Assembly (NCBI GenBank): GCA_963829465.1
Contig: CAWHJE010000020.1
Span: 103,935-167,934, forward strand
Origin: an uncultured Alphaproteobacteria bacterium
GTDB taxonomy: Bacteria > Pseudomonadota > Alphaproteobacteria > Rhizobiales > Xanthobacteraceae
DNA: 64,000 bases
Direction: 5' to 3'
This document shows, one piece after another, positions 20,517-29,857 of the stretch (within the stretch, counting starts at the first letter, position 1; the number at the start of each line of letters is the position of its first letter). Position numbers and translations under genes: made by a program. The notes under the pieces are model-generated. The model had not been told where the DNA came from. It made no database searches and was given only the letters and a program-made list of their open reading frames with translations.

Positions 20517-20596
20517 GTCATCGCGAGGAGAGCATCGACGAAGCAATCCAGAGCATAGGTCGCAAGACTGGATTGCTTCGCTTCGCTCGCAATGAC
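20517..20596. repeat. REP-like palindromic element (GTCATtGCGAG ... CGAAGCAATCCAG family), copy 1
   Basis: Outer arms GTCATCGCGAG/CTCGCAATGAC. Perfect 13-bp inner arms CGAAGCAATCCAG/CTGGATTGCTTCG. A second copy lies at 63249-63357. Confidence 0.7.
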
Positions 20597-20638
20597 GCGC
20601 GGCTCGCGCCTTCGCACATCCTACAATTTGTGCTCCGA

Positions 20639-21154
20639 TCAGGCCGCCTGGACCGCCCGCTCGGTTTTCAGCTGGAGCTCCACCGGCACCGGCGCACGCA
20701 GAATATCGAGCACCGGACAATGCGCATCGACCACTTCCTTCAGTTTGGCGAGATCGGCGGCAGGCGCGCTGCTTTTCAGCTCGACGACGCCGCGGACCTC
20801 GTTGAAGCCGGCGCGAACGCCGTCTTTCACGGCGAAGAAGCCGCGCAGGTCGAGCGAGCCTTCCAGTTTGACAGAGACGCTCTCGACCGGAATGCCGAGC
20901 GCCGTGGCGTAAGCCCGGTAAGTGATTTCCTGACACGTGCCGAGCGCCGCCAGCACGAGCTCTACCGGGTTTGGACCCGCGTCCGTCCCGCCAAGGCTGG
21001 CAGGTTCGTCGACGGTCAGTGAAAATTGCCGAATTTTGGCTTCGCTCCGCAACCCCTCGACCTGACGTGAGTCGGCTGAAAAAATTGCGATCGCATGATC
21101 GGCGTTGGCGCGCAGATCGGCCTGCGTTGCTACGATGATGTCTTTCAGCGCCAT
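20639..21154 (-). CDS. OsmC family peroxiredoxin-like protein
   Basis: ATG 21154 is preceded by GGAGGA. ...DEPASLGGTDAGPNPVELVLAALGTCQ...VDAHCPVLD shows the two conserved Cys contexts of OsmC/Ohr. Confidence 0.8.
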   Translation of the reverse strand: MALKDIIVATQADLRANADHAIAIFSADSRQVEGLRSEAKIRQFSLTVDEPASLGGTDAGPNPVELVLAALGTCQEITYRAYATALGIPVESVSVKLEGSLDLRGFFAVKDGVRAGFNEVRGVVELKSSAPAADLAKLKEVVDAHCPVLDILRAPVPVELQLKTERAVQAA

Positions 21155-21331
21155 TTGTTCCTCCTGGACGCGGCAACCATGGAGTTGCCCCGCGCCGATC
21201 ATAGGTTTTCAGGAGCGAAAACTCTTTAGCTGTTTTTTCAGGTCCGCAAGCGATTCATTTGGTATCTGGAACGATGAGCAGAAGGTTTTTGTCGAGCGTC
21301 GATTAATCCGCTCGCCAAGGCGATTAGTCGC

Positions 21332-22351
21332 TTATGCTGGTGCGCCGCCCTCATCGAGAAATTTCTGCACCGCTTCGAATAGTTCGAAGCGGTTCGTTTC
21401 CATCATGACGCTGTGCGTCCCCTCGGCGAGTTCGACGAGGCGCTTGCCCGGTGAATTGACGAACAGCGGGAACAGCGTCCGCGCCATCGAAGCGGGCACG
21501 TCGACGTCCCAGGCGGCCGTGATCAGCAAGGACGGTGCCCTGATCTTCGCCGGATCGTAATAGGGCTTGCCGGCCCACCAGGTTTCGACGCAGTCCTGCA
21601 CGATGCCGTTCGGCGCGCGGATGACCGGCGGGTCAAGCTTGGCGCCGTCTGGATCGGTGGCCCAGGTCGCATCCGCCCAGGTTTTGAAGATGCTCGCTGG
21701 GATGTTGGCGTCCTTCTTGTCCTCGGGCACGCCGGCATACCAACGCGCATGCGCTTGTTCTCGCGTCACGGTCCGGTACGCATCGATCCGGCCTAAATCG
21801 GCTTGCTGGAGCCGGCCGGTCTGGCCGACCCAGATCGGCGCATAGAGCACGAGACGCTCGACTTTGTTCGGGTTCGCGATCGTGTAGGTCGGCGTCGAAA
21901 AGGTGCCCCACGACCAACCAAGCAGAACGAGCCGCGGAATGTTGCGCCGCTTGAGGATAAAGTCGACGACGGCGGAGATATCCTTGACCGCGGTGTCGGT
22001 GCGCACGATCGGTGGATTGGCGTCGGGCTTCTGCGCCATCTCCTTGGGCCGCGTGGATTTGCCGTAGCCGCGCAGATCGAGCAGATAAACGTCGTAGCCG
22101 CGAGCGGCGATGTAATCCATCCACGACAGGCCGCCGAGCTTGAGATCGAACGTGGTGTGTGCCGGATAGGTCGCGCCATGCACGAACAACACCGTGCGCT
22201 CGGGCCGGAACGTCGCCATGTCGGCGGGCCGCTTGTTGCGCACATAGATCTCGATGCCGGGATCGAGCGCCGGCACCAGCGTTTCTTCGGTTGTCAGTTT
22301 GGTTGTTGGCGCGGCGGAACCCGTCGTGCCATCAGCAGCGACTACGGCCAT
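21332..22351 (-). CDS. Alpha/beta-fold hydrolase
   Basis: VLFVHGATYP...YDVYLLDLRGYGKS...LLGWSWG (nucleophile elbow) ...GTHSVMME. Confidence 0.75.
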   Translation of the reverse strand: MAVVAADGTTGSAAPTTKLTTEETLVPALDPGIEIYVRNKRPADMATFRPERTVLFVHGATYPAHTTFDLKLGGLSWMDYIAARGYDVYLLDLRGYGKSTRPKEMAQKPDANPPIVRTDTAVKDISAVVDFILKRRNIPRLVLLGWSWGTFSTPTYTIANPNKVERLVLYAPIWVGQTGRLQQADLGRIDAYRTVTREQAHARWYAGVPEDKKDANIPASIFKTWADATWATDPDGAKLDPPVIRAPNGIVQDCVETWWAGKPYYDPAKIRAPSLLITAAWDVDVPASMARTLFPLFVNSPGKRLVELAEGTHSVMMETNRFELFEAVQKFLDEGGAPA

Positions 22352-22395
22352 GCTTTACCTCTAGGAAGTTGCAAGTGGCGCAGCGGCGAACGCTG

Positions 22396-22830
22396 TCAGC
22401 CAACCTTCGGCAATTCGAAACTGAATTGCTTGAGCACCTCGGGGTCATCCGTGCGTTTCGACGCATCAAGAATTTCGACGCCAACGATACGGCCTTCGTT
22501 GTCGTAATCGACAACGATGCCGTCGGCTACCTCGGCACTATCTTTAATAGGGCGATCGGTCAGGTTGACGTAGACCGCGTCGGCCCCATGATCGACTCTC
22601 ACGCGCATGGCTTGGTCCTGTCGAAGTAGGCAAGTGATGACAAATTCCGGATCGTTTTGCGCCGTCACAACGCGCAACATAACATTTCGGTGAGGCAGGC
22701 GCTTTAGAAAAGACCGCCGATTTGCCCTGGTTTCAGTTTCGTCAGGATTACGGATCGTCTCCTCGACCCATTCTTTTGCAATGCCGCGGCGCTTGATCTG
22801 AAATTCGGCGTGTTCGTCATAGCGTATCAC
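22396..22830 (-). CDS. Single ORF joining a DUF4258-like (toxin-like) module to a DUF2283-like (antitoxin-like) module
   Basis: GTG start at 22830. The N-terminal half, IRYDEHAEFQIKRRGIAKEWVEETIRNPD...VMLRVVTAQNDPEFVITC, resembles DUF4258. After the linker LLRQDQA comes MRVRVDHGADAVYVNLTDRPIKDSAEVADGIVVDYDNEGRIVGVEILDASKR, which resembles DUF2283. The internal ATG at 22608 is preceded by AGGA. The G+C content is lower than in the flanks. Confidence 0.7.
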   Translation of the reverse strand: MIRYDEHAEFQIKRRGIAKEWVEETIRNPDETETRANRRSFLKRLPHRNVMLRVVTAQNDPEFVITCLLRQDQAMRVRVDHGADAVYVNLTDRPIKDSAEVADGIVVDYDNEGRIVGVEILDASKRTDDPEVLKQFSFELPKVG

Positions 22831-22866
22831 TGACGTTGCTCATCGGCTGGTCGTAGCGCGCCTCGC

Positions 22867-23868
22867 TCACAACATCGACGGCAAAACCCGGTCGGGCGGA
22901 CGATGACCGTCCATGAAGGTCTTGATGTTGACGATGACCTTTTCGCCCATGTCGATGCGCCCTTCGATCGTCGCCGATCCGAGATGCGGCAGCAAAACGA
23001 CCTTGCCGGCGCGCGCAAGCTTGACGAGTTTCGGACTGACCGCGGGCTCGTGTTCGAATACGTCCAGGCCGGCGCCGGCGATCTCGCCGGTTTCGATCAG
23101 GCGGGCAAGCGCGTTCTCGTCAATCACCTCGCCGCGGGCCGTGTTGACGACATAGGCCTCGGGCCGGATCAGCTTGAGCCGGCGCGCCGACAGCAAGTGA
23201 TAGGTCGCCGGCGTGTGCGGACAATTGATGGAGATGATGTCCATACGCACCAGCATCTGGTCGAGGCTCTCCCAATAGGTGGCGTTGAGCTCTTCCTCGA
23301 TGCGCGGCGCGACGCGGCGGCGATTGTGGTAGTGGATTTGCAGCCCGAATGCCTTGGCGCGGCGGGCGACGGCTTGGCCGATGCGGCCCATGCCGACGAT
23401 GCCGAGGCGCTTCCCCCAGATGCGATGGCCCAGCATCCAGGTCGGGCTCCAGCCGGTCCATTCCTTGTCGCCGGTGAGCACCTGGGCGCCTTCCGCCAGC
23501 CGCCGCGGCACCGCGAGGATGAGCGCCATCGTCATGTCGGCGGTGTCTTCGGTGAGCACGCCCGGCGTATTGGTCACGGTGATGCCGCGCTGCAGCGCGG
23601 TCGCGACATCGATGTGGTCGACGCCGTTGCCGAAATTGGCGATCAGCTTCAGTTGCTCGCCGGAGTGGCCGAGCACGGCCCTGTCGATCTGATCCGTCAC
23701 CGTCGGCACGATCACGTCGGCGACTTTGGCCGCTTCGGCGAGGTCCGCTTGACTCATCGGCTTGTCGTCGAGGTTGAGGCGCGTGTCGAACAGCTCGCAC
23801 ATGCGCGTTTCGACACTGTCCGGCAGCTTCCGGGTGACCACAACCAGCGGCTTTTTACCCGATGCCAT
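22867..23868 (-). CDS. D-isomer-specific 2-hydroxyacid dehydrogenase (glyoxylate/hydroxypyruvate reductase-like)
   Basis: NAD fold GIVGMGRIGQAVARRA, plus ...NTARGEVIDE...LDVFEHEP...LLPHLGSAT. Confidence 0.88.
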   Translation of the reverse strand: MASGKKPLVVVTRKLPDSVETRMCELFDTRLNLDDKPMSQADLAEAAKVADVIVPTVTDQIDRAVLGHSGEQLKLIANFGNGVDHIDVATALQRGITVTNTPGVLTEDTADMTMALILAVPRRLAEGAQVLTGDKEWTGWSPTWMLGHRIWGKRLGIVGMGRIGQAVARRAKAFGLQIHYHNRRRVAPRIEEELNATYWESLDQMLVRMDIISINCPHTPATYHLLSARRLKLIRPEAYVVNTARGEVIDENALARLIETGEIAGAGLDVFEHEPAVSPKLVKLARAGKVVLLPHLGSATIEGRIDMGEKVIVNIKTFMDGHRPPDRVLPSML

Positions 23869-24055
23869 TCGCTGCCCCGCCGGTTGCCAGGCCCTTTGAC
23901 GTTTCCGCCCGTTCAGTTCTCATTAACCGCCCTCGCCGACACTCAAGACCGGGGGGCGGCTCATCGTTTCTCTCTAGCAGATGGCTGCGTTCCGACAAAG
24001 CGCGCCGGGCTCCCCGGCGTTCTCGCGCTTCGCTGCGCATTTGGGCACTCAGTTC

Positions 24056-24610
24056 ATGGCAATGCCGCAGCATGGCGGGTTTCTGATCGTCACCGTTCGG
24101 GCCACGAGGATCGCTTTCTTGGCGGCCCTCGTCACGGTTTCGTTCGCCGCCGCGACCGCGCATGCGGGCGGCGATGCGCCGACGAGCGGCTTGCCGGTGC
24201 CCCGCTTCGTCAGTCTCAAGACGGATCGGGTCAATGTGCGCGGCGGCCCCGACAAGGACCACGACGTCGCCTGGATCTACACCCGCGTCGGCTGGCCGGT
24301 GGAAATCACAGCAGAATTCGAAAACTGGCGGCGTATCCGCGACTCCGACGGCACCGAGGGATGGGTCTATCACTCGCTGCTCTCCGGCAAGCGCACGGCG
24401 GCGGTGCAACTAAAATCGAAAACCGAACTGGCGGCGCTGCATGCCAAGCCCGATGCCCAGAGCCCGGTGACGGCGCAATTGCAGTCGGGCGTTCTCGGAT
24501 CGATCAAGCACTGCACGGGCGGCTGGTGCCGCCTCATCGGCGACGGTTTCGACGGCTGGATCGAACAGAACAGCCTTTGGGGCGTCTATCCGGATGAGAA
24601 GATCGAGTGA
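24056..24610 (+). CDS. SH3-like domain (DUF1058-type) periplasmic protein
   Basis: Internal ATG. Signal-like IAFLAALVTVSFAAATAHA, then LPVPRFVSLKTDRVNVRGGPDKDHDVAWIYTRVGWPVEI...ENWRRIRDSDGTEGWV. Confidence 0.7.
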   Translation: MAMPQHGGFLIVTVRATRIAFLAALVTVSFAAATAHAGGDAPTSGLPVPRFVSLKTDRVNVRGGPDKDHDVAWIYTRVGWPVEITAEFENWRRIRDSDGTEGWVYHSLLSGKRTAAVQLKSKTELAALHAKPDAQSPVTAQLQSGVLGSIKHCTGGWCRLIGDGFDGWIEQNSLWGVYPDEKIE

Positions 24611-24626
24611 TTTTTGTGCCGCGGGC

Positions 24627-25109
24627 CTAGCGCTTTTTGCGCCGCAGCCTGACCACCACGTCGATGCGAGCGATCTCGTAGCCTTCCGGCGGCACCGGCG
24701 CCTTGCCGACAACCACATCCGACGACGGAATGTCCATCAGGTCGTTGCGATCTTCGATGAAAAAGTGATGGTGCTCGGTGTTGTTGGTGTCGAAATACGC
24801 CTTGGAGCCGTCGACCGCGACCTGCCGCAGCAAGCCGACCTCGGTGAACTGGTGCAGCGTGTTATAAACAGTGGCGAGCGACACCGGCACCTTGGCGTGG
24901 TTCGCTTCCTCGTAAAGCATTTCCGCCGTCACGTGCCGATCGCCTTTGCCGAACAGAATCCAGCCAAGCGCCATGCGTTGCCGTGTCGGCCGCAGTCCGA
25001 CCTCGCGCAGCTTTGCTTTCACGTCATGCCACGGGCAGCCGGTGAGATCGCCGGAGCCGGTTGGAGCTACAGGCGCCGGGGCGCCGGAAGCGTTTAGACG
25101 CTGAGTCAT
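24627..25109 (-). CDS. irr: Fur-family iron response regulator Irr
   Basis: ATG 25109 with AGGTG upstream. Heme regulatory motif GCPWHD, then LRPTRQRMALGWILFGKGDRHVTAEMLYEEA...VSLATVYNTLHQF...EHHHFF (HHH motif) and C-terminal EGYEIARIDVVVRLRRKKR. Very close to Bradyrhizobium Irr as I remember it. It is divergent from fabA. Confidence 0.88.
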   Translation of the reverse strand: MTQRLNASGAPAPVAPTGSGDLTGCPWHDVKAKLREVGLRPTRQRMALGWILFGKGDRHVTAEMLYEEANHAKVPVSLATVYNTLHQFTEVGLLRQVAVDGSKAYFDTNNTEHHHFFIEDRNDLMDIPSSDVVVGKAPVPPEGYEIARIDVVVRLRRKKR

Positions 25110-25321
25110 TGCTGCACCTGATGCCGCATTCGGCAAATTCCTAAGGCTGAAAGGAGATCGTTACAAGTGAAATCATTATAGGCGGCCCCGCGCCGGCCGC
25201 AACACCGATGCCGAGAAGCGACCGGTGCAGCCCGGGAGGTGCGGCTTTGCCGCCATGACCCCATGTGTTAGGGAATCGGCGACAATCAGGGATTGGGACC
25301 TCGGGGGCGGCGGAGTTGGAG

Positions 25322-25849
25322 ATGCAAGAGCGGCGTGCAAACTTCGAGTATGAGGACCTGCTGGCGTGCGGGCGGGGCGAGCTGTTTGTCAAAGGCCCGC
25401 AGTTGCCGTTGCCGCCGATGCTGATGTTCGACCGCATTTCGGAAATCGCGGAGGTCGGCGGCGAATACGGCAAGGGACTGGTCCGCGCCGTTCTCGACCT
25501 CAAGCCCGATCTCTGGTTCTTTCCCTGTCACTTCAAGGGCGATCCGGTGATGCCGGGATGTCTCGGTCTTGACGCGTTGTGGCAGATGCTCGGGTTCTTT
25601 CTTGGCTGGCTCGGCGCTCCGGGCAAGGGGCGCGCGCTGGGCATGGGCGAGGTCAAGTTCTCCGGCCAGGTGCTGCCTTCGATGAAGAAGGTGGTTTACG
25701 GCCTCGACATCAAGCGCGTGATGCGCTCGAAACTTGTGCTCGGCATTGCCGACGGCTGGCTGTCGGCCGATGGATCGGTGATCTTTCGTGCCCTCGACCT
25801 CAAGGTCGCGGTGGTCAACGAAGCGGCGCCGCAGACGGGCGAAGCCTGA
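25322..25849 (+). CDS. fabA: 3-hydroxydecanoyl-ACP dehydratase/isomerase
   Basis: [22 protein letters not shown]...[12 protein letters not shown]...[23 protein letters not shown]. Confidence 0.92.
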   Translation: MQERRANFEYEDLLACGRGELFVKGPQLPLPPMLMFDRISEIAEVGGEYGKGLVRAVLDLKPDLWFFPCHFKGDPVMPGCLGLDALWQMLGFFLGWLGAPGKGRALGMGEVKFSGQVLPSMKKVVYGLDIKRVMRSKLVLGIADGWLSADGSVIFRALDLKVAVVNEAAPQTGEA

Positions 25850-25891
25850 TCGGGCCGCCGCTCGCAGCGGAACGAATTTGACGAGGCGAAG

Positions 25892-27115
25892 ATGAGGCGG
25901 GTGGTCGTCACCGGGATGGGCATCGTCTCGTCCATCGGCAACAGCACCCAGGAGGTTCTGGCTTCGCTGCGCGAAGCCAGGTCCGGCGTGGTGCGCGCCG
26001 ACAAATATGCCGAGCTGGGATTCCGCTGCCACGTACACGGTGCGCCGACGCTCGACCCAAGTGAATCCGTCGATCGCCGCGCCATGCGCTTTCTCGGTGG
26101 CGGCGCCGCCTGGAACCATGTCGCCATGGAGCAGGCCATCCGCGACTCCGGCCTCGAACCCGACGAAGTATCGAACGAACGCACCGGCATCGTCATGGGC
26201 TCGGGTGGGTCTTCGACGCGCACCATCGTCGAGGCCGCCGACACCGCCCGCACGAAGGGTCCGAAGCGCGTCGGACCTTTCGCGGTGCCGAAGGCGATGT
26301 CCTCGACCGCTTCCGCCACGCTCGGGACGTGGTTCAAGATCAAGGGCATCAGCTATACGATCTCATCGGCGTGCGCGACATCGAACCACTGCATCGGCAA
26401 TGCCTACGAGCTGATCCAGTATGGCAAGCAGGATATGATTTTTGCCGGCGGCTGCGAGGATCTCGATTGGACGTTGACAGTCCTGTTCGATGCCATGGGG
26501 GCATTGTCGTCGAAATATAACGACACGCCCGCCAAAGCCTCCCGGCCCTACGACGCCGATCGCGACGGCTTCGTCATCAGCGGCGGCGCCGGCGTGCTGG
26601 TGCTCGAAGAACTCGAACACGCCAAAGCGCGCGGCGCGAGAATTTACGCCGAACTCGCCGGCTATGGCGCGACATCCGACGGCGCCGACATGGTGGCGCC
26701 GTCCGGCGAAGGCGCGGCCCGCTGCATGCGCATGGCGCTGCACGGCGTGAAGCCGCCGGTGGATTACATCAATCCGCACGCCACCTCGACACCGGTCGGC
26801 GACCTCAAGGAAATCGAGGCGATCCGCGAGGTGTTCGGCGCGGGCGAAAAATGTCCGCCGATCTCGGCGACCAAGTCGCTCACCGGACATTCGCAGGGCG
26901 CGACCGGCGTGCACGAGGCGATCTATTCACTGCTGATGATGAACAACGGTTTCATCAGCGAGAGCGCCAACATCGAGAAACTCGATCCCGCTTTCGCCGA
27001 CATGCCGATCCTGCGCGAGCGCCGGGACAACGTGACGCTCGGCTGTGTGCTGTCGAATTCCTTCGGCTTCGGCGGCACCAACGCTTCCATCGTGTTCAAA
27101 CGGCTGGATGCGTAA
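25892..27115 (+). CDS. fabB: Beta-ketoacyl-ACP synthase I
   Basis: 407 aa. [17 protein letters not shown]...ISSACATS (active-site Cys)...HATSTPVGD...TGHSQGATG...[10 protein letters not shown]. Confidence 0.93.
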   Translation: MRRVVVTGMGIVSSIGNSTQEVLASLREARSGVVRADKYAELGFRCHVHGAPTLDPSESVDRRAMRFLGGGAAWNHVAMEQAIRDSGLEPDEVSNERTGIVMGSGGSSTRTIVEAADTARTKGPKRVGPFAVPKAMSSTASATLGTWFKIKGISYTISSACATSNHCIGNAYELIQYGKQDMIFAGGCEDLDWTLTVLFDAMGALSSKYNDTPAKASRPYDADRDGFVISGGAGVLVLEELEHAKARGARIYAELAGYGATSDGADMVAPSGEGAARCMRMALHGVKPPVDYINPHATSTPVGDLKEIEAIREVFGAGEKCPPISATKSLTGHSQGATGVHEAIYSLLMMNNGFISESANIEKLDPAFADMPILRERRDNVTLGCVLSNSFGFGGTNASIVFKRLDA

Positions 27116-27127
27116 TGGTTCTCTCCC

Positions 27128-27243
27128 GTCATTCCGGGGCGGTCCGAAGGACCGAGCCCGGAATCCACAACCCCTGAACGTTCGACCAATTTGCGACGCC
27201 GGGGTTATGGATTCCGGCTCTCGCTTCGCTCGGCCGGAATGAC
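27128..27243. repeat. REP-like palindromic element (GTCATTCCGG ... CCGGAATCCA family)
   Basis: Perfect outer arms GTCATTCCGG/CCGGAATGAC. Inner arms CCGGAATCCAC/ATGGATTCCGG. It fills the fabB-fabI spacer. Confidence 0.7.
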
Positions 27244-27259
27244 GATAAAGGACCACGGC

Positions 27260-28084
27260 ATGCAGGGTTTGATGCACGGCAAGCGCGGTTTGATCATGGG
27301 GGTCGCCAATGACCACTCGATCGCCTGGGGTATTGCCAAGATGCTGGCCGCGCACGGCGCGACACTGGCTTTCACCTTTCAGGGCGAAGCGCTCGCCAAA
27401 CGCGTCAAGCCGCTCGCTGCGTCGGTGAAGGCCGATCTGGTGCTGCCGTGCGACGTCGAGGATCTCGGTTCGGTCGATGCGGTGTTCGCCGAAATCGGGC
27501 GGACCTGGGGGACGCTCGACTTTCTCGTTCACGCCATCGCTTTCTCCGACAAGACACAGCTCACCGGGCGCTACGCCGACACCACGCGCGAGAATTTTCT
27601 GCGCACCATGCTGATCTCGTGCTTCGCCTTCACCGAAGCCGCCAAGCGCGCCGCCGCCCTGATGCCGAATGGCGGCGCCATGCTGACGCTAACCTACAAT
27701 GGCGGCGATCGCGCGATGCCGAACTACAACGCCATGGGCCCCGCCAAGGCGGCGCTCGAAGCGTCGGTGCGGTATCTCGCGGTAGACTATGGCGGCCAGG
27801 CGATCCGGGTGAACGCTATCTCGGCCGGGCCGATCCGCACGCTCGCGGGCGCAGGCATCGGCGACGCCCGCATGATGTTCGCGTTCCAGCAACGTCATTC
27901 GCCGCTGCATCGCGGCGTTGCGCTCGACGAACTCGGCGGCGCGGGTCTGTATCTTCTTTCCGACCTCTCGTCCGGCGTCACCGGCGAAATTCATTTCGTC
28001 GATTCCGGCTATAACGTCATCGCCATGCCGCACCCGGACGCGTTGCGGGCCGATCGCCAAGGCTCCGACGATTCGGGACAGTGA
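27260..28084 (+). CDS. fabI: Enoyl-ACP reductase (NADH)
   Basis: MQGLMHGKRGLIMGVANDHSIAWGIAK...NAISAGPIRTLA.... The longer ORF-track start at 27191 only translates the repeat element. Confidence 0.92.
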   Translation: MQGLMHGKRGLIMGVANDHSIAWGIAKMLAAHGATLAFTFQGEALAKRVKPLAASVKADLVLPCDVEDLGSVDAVFAEIGRTWGTLDFLVHAIAFSDKTQLTGRYADTTRENFLRTMLISCFAFTEAAKRAAALMPNGGAMLTLTYNGGDRAMPNYNAMGPAKAALEASVRYLAVDYGGQAIRVNAISAGPIRTLAGAGIGDARMMFAFQQRHSPLHRGVALDELGGAGLYLLSDLSSGVTGEIHFVDSGYNVIAMPHPDALRADRQGSDDSGQ

Positions 28085-28199
28085 CGACGCGTCTTGGGAA
28101 GCGCGTCACGTCGTTGGTGGTGAGAAAGGGACAGGCGGTAGAACTCCCCCTTCCTGCCCCTTGCCTCGGTCCGGCATACGCGCCACATCTGCGCTGACC

Positions 28200-28955
28200 A
28201 TGCCTGTCTTGCCCGCCATAGAAGTCGAGCGCCTCGTCAAGATCTACAAGAACGCGCCGGCGGTCGATGGCGTGACGTTTGCGATCGCGCCCGGCTCGAT
28301 CACTGGACTGCTTGGCGGTAATGGCGCCGGCAAGACCACGACTATCGCCATGATCATGGGGCTTCTCACGCCGACATCCGGCAGCGTGAAGGTTCTTGGC
28401 GCGCAGATGCCGCACCAGCGCTACCGGGTGCTGCAGCGGATGAATTTCGAGAGCCCCTACGTCGAAATGCCGATGCGGCTGACGATCCGCCAGAATCTGA
28501 AGGTGTTCGGCATGCTCTACGGCGTGCGAAACCTCGCCGAGCGGATCGAAGAGCTTGCCGAAGCGCTCGATCTGACCGAACTGCTCGATCGGCCGACCGG
28601 CAAGCTTTCAGCCGGTCAGAAGACGCGGGTTTCGCTCGCCAAGTCGCTGATCAATTCGCCCGTGTTGTTGCTGCTCGACGAGCCCACCGCCTCGCTCGAT
28701 CCCGACACCGCCGACTGGGTGCGGTCGCATCTCGAGCGTTACTGTCGCGAGCGCCGCGCCACGGTGCTGCTCGCCTCGCACAACATGGCCGAGGTCGAAC
28801 GGCTGTGCGAGCGCGTCATCATCATGAAGCAGGGTCGCATCGAGGATGACGATGCGCCGGCGCGGCTCCTGTCGCGCTACGGCCGCCGCACGCTTGAGGA
28901 AGTTTTCCTCGACGTCGCGCGCGGCCGCGACGAAGTGCGCGAGGCCGCTCAATGA
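28200..28955 (+). CDS. ABC transporter ATP-binding protein (ABC-2 exporter type)
   Basis: ATG 28200. Walker A GGNGAGKTTT, signature LSAGQKTRV, Walker B LLLLDEPTASLD. The stop overlaps the permease start. Confidence 0.88.
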   Translation: MPVLPAIEVERLVKIYKNAPAVDGVTFAIAPGSITGLLGGNGAGKTTTIAMIMGLLTPTSGSVKVLGAQMPHQRYRVLQRMNFESPYVEMPMRLTIRQNLKVFGMLYGVRNLAERIEELAEALDLTELLDRPTGKLSAGQKTRVSLAKSLINSPVLLLLDEPTASLDPDTADWVRSHLERYCRERRATVLLASHNMAEVERLCERVIIMKQGRIEDDDAPARLLSRYGRRTLEEVFLDVARGRDEVREAAQ

Positions 28956-29773
28956 CGATGACCGTGGAAGGCGCGCCGGCGTTTTCGCCGCGCCGTGTCG
29001 CGGCGATGATGCTGCGCTATTGGTACCTGTTGCGCTCGTCCTGGCCGCGGCTGATCGAGCTGATCTACTGGCCGACGGTACAGATGATTACCTGGGGCTT
29101 CATCCAGTATTATGTCACGCAGAATGGCGGCTTTTTTGCCCGGGCGGGCGGCACGCTCATCGGCGCGGTTTTGTTGTGGGACATCCTGTTCCGCGGTCAG
29201 CTCGGATTCTCAATTTCGTTTCTTGAGGAAATGTGGTCGCGCAACATCGGCAATCTGATGATGAGCCCGTTGCGTCCGGTCGAATTCGTCACCGCGCTCA
29301 TGATCATGAGTATCGTGCGGCTGGCGATCGGCGTCCTTCCAGTGACGCTGCTCGCGGTGATCTTCTTCGGTTTCAATCTTTACGGTCTCGGCTTCGCGCT
29401 GGTGGCGTTCTTCATCAACCTGATGCTCACAAGCTGGGCGGTCGGGATTTTCGTCTCCGGGCTGGTGCTGAGAAACGGTCTCGGCGCGGAAAATCTCGCG
29501 TGGTCGATCATGTTTCTGTTCATGCCGCTGACCTGCGTCTACTACCCGGTCACCACATTGCCGGTCTGGCTGCAGCCCGCGGCATGGGCGCTGCCGCCGA
29601 CCTACGTGTTTGAGGGAATGCGCGCGCTGCTGATCGAGCACACTTTTCGTGCCGACCTCATGCTCGACGCGCTTGCACTCAATGCGGTGTTCTTCGCTGC
29701 GGGCGTATTCGGCTTCCTCAAGCTCCTGCAGGCCGCTCGCCGGCATGGGTCGCTGATGCAGACGGGCGAATAG
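28952..29773 (+). CDS. ABC-2 type transporter permease
   Basis: 273 aa with six predicted TM segments. Translationally coupled to the ATPase. Confidence 0.8.
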   Translation: MTMTVEGAPAFSPRRVAAMMLRYWYLLRSSWPRLIELIYWPTVQMITWGFIQYYVTQNGGFFARAGGTLIGAVLLWDILFRGQLGFSISFLEEMWSRNIGNLMMSPLRPVEFVTALMIMSIVRLAIGVLPVTLLAVIFFGFNLYGLGFALVAFFINLMLTSWAVGIFVSGLVLRNGLGAENLAWSIMFLFMPLTCVYYPVTTLPVWLQPAAWALPPTYVFEGMRALLIEHTFRADLMLDALALNAVFFAAGVFGFLKLLQAARRHGSLMQTGE

Positions 29774-29857
29774 CCGCACACCGTAGCCGAAAGGCGCGGA
29801 CGCGCCCGCGCCTCCCTACTTAAGGAATAAGGAAAAAATTGCTTTTATGATCATGGT

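Noticed and set aside
22903-24597. 564-aa plus-strand ORF
   Set aside because: It is antisense to the 2-hydroxyacid dehydrogenase gene and out of frame with the SH3-domain gene. No family features are present.
27191-27259. Longer N-terminus for FabI (ORF-track start 27191), and similarly 27918 for the ABC ATPase, 46598 for ubiB, 53599 for tsaE and 58943 for addA
   Set aside because: These extensions translate repeat elements or the 3' ends of upstream genes. Conserved N-termini and better-placed start codons lie downstream.
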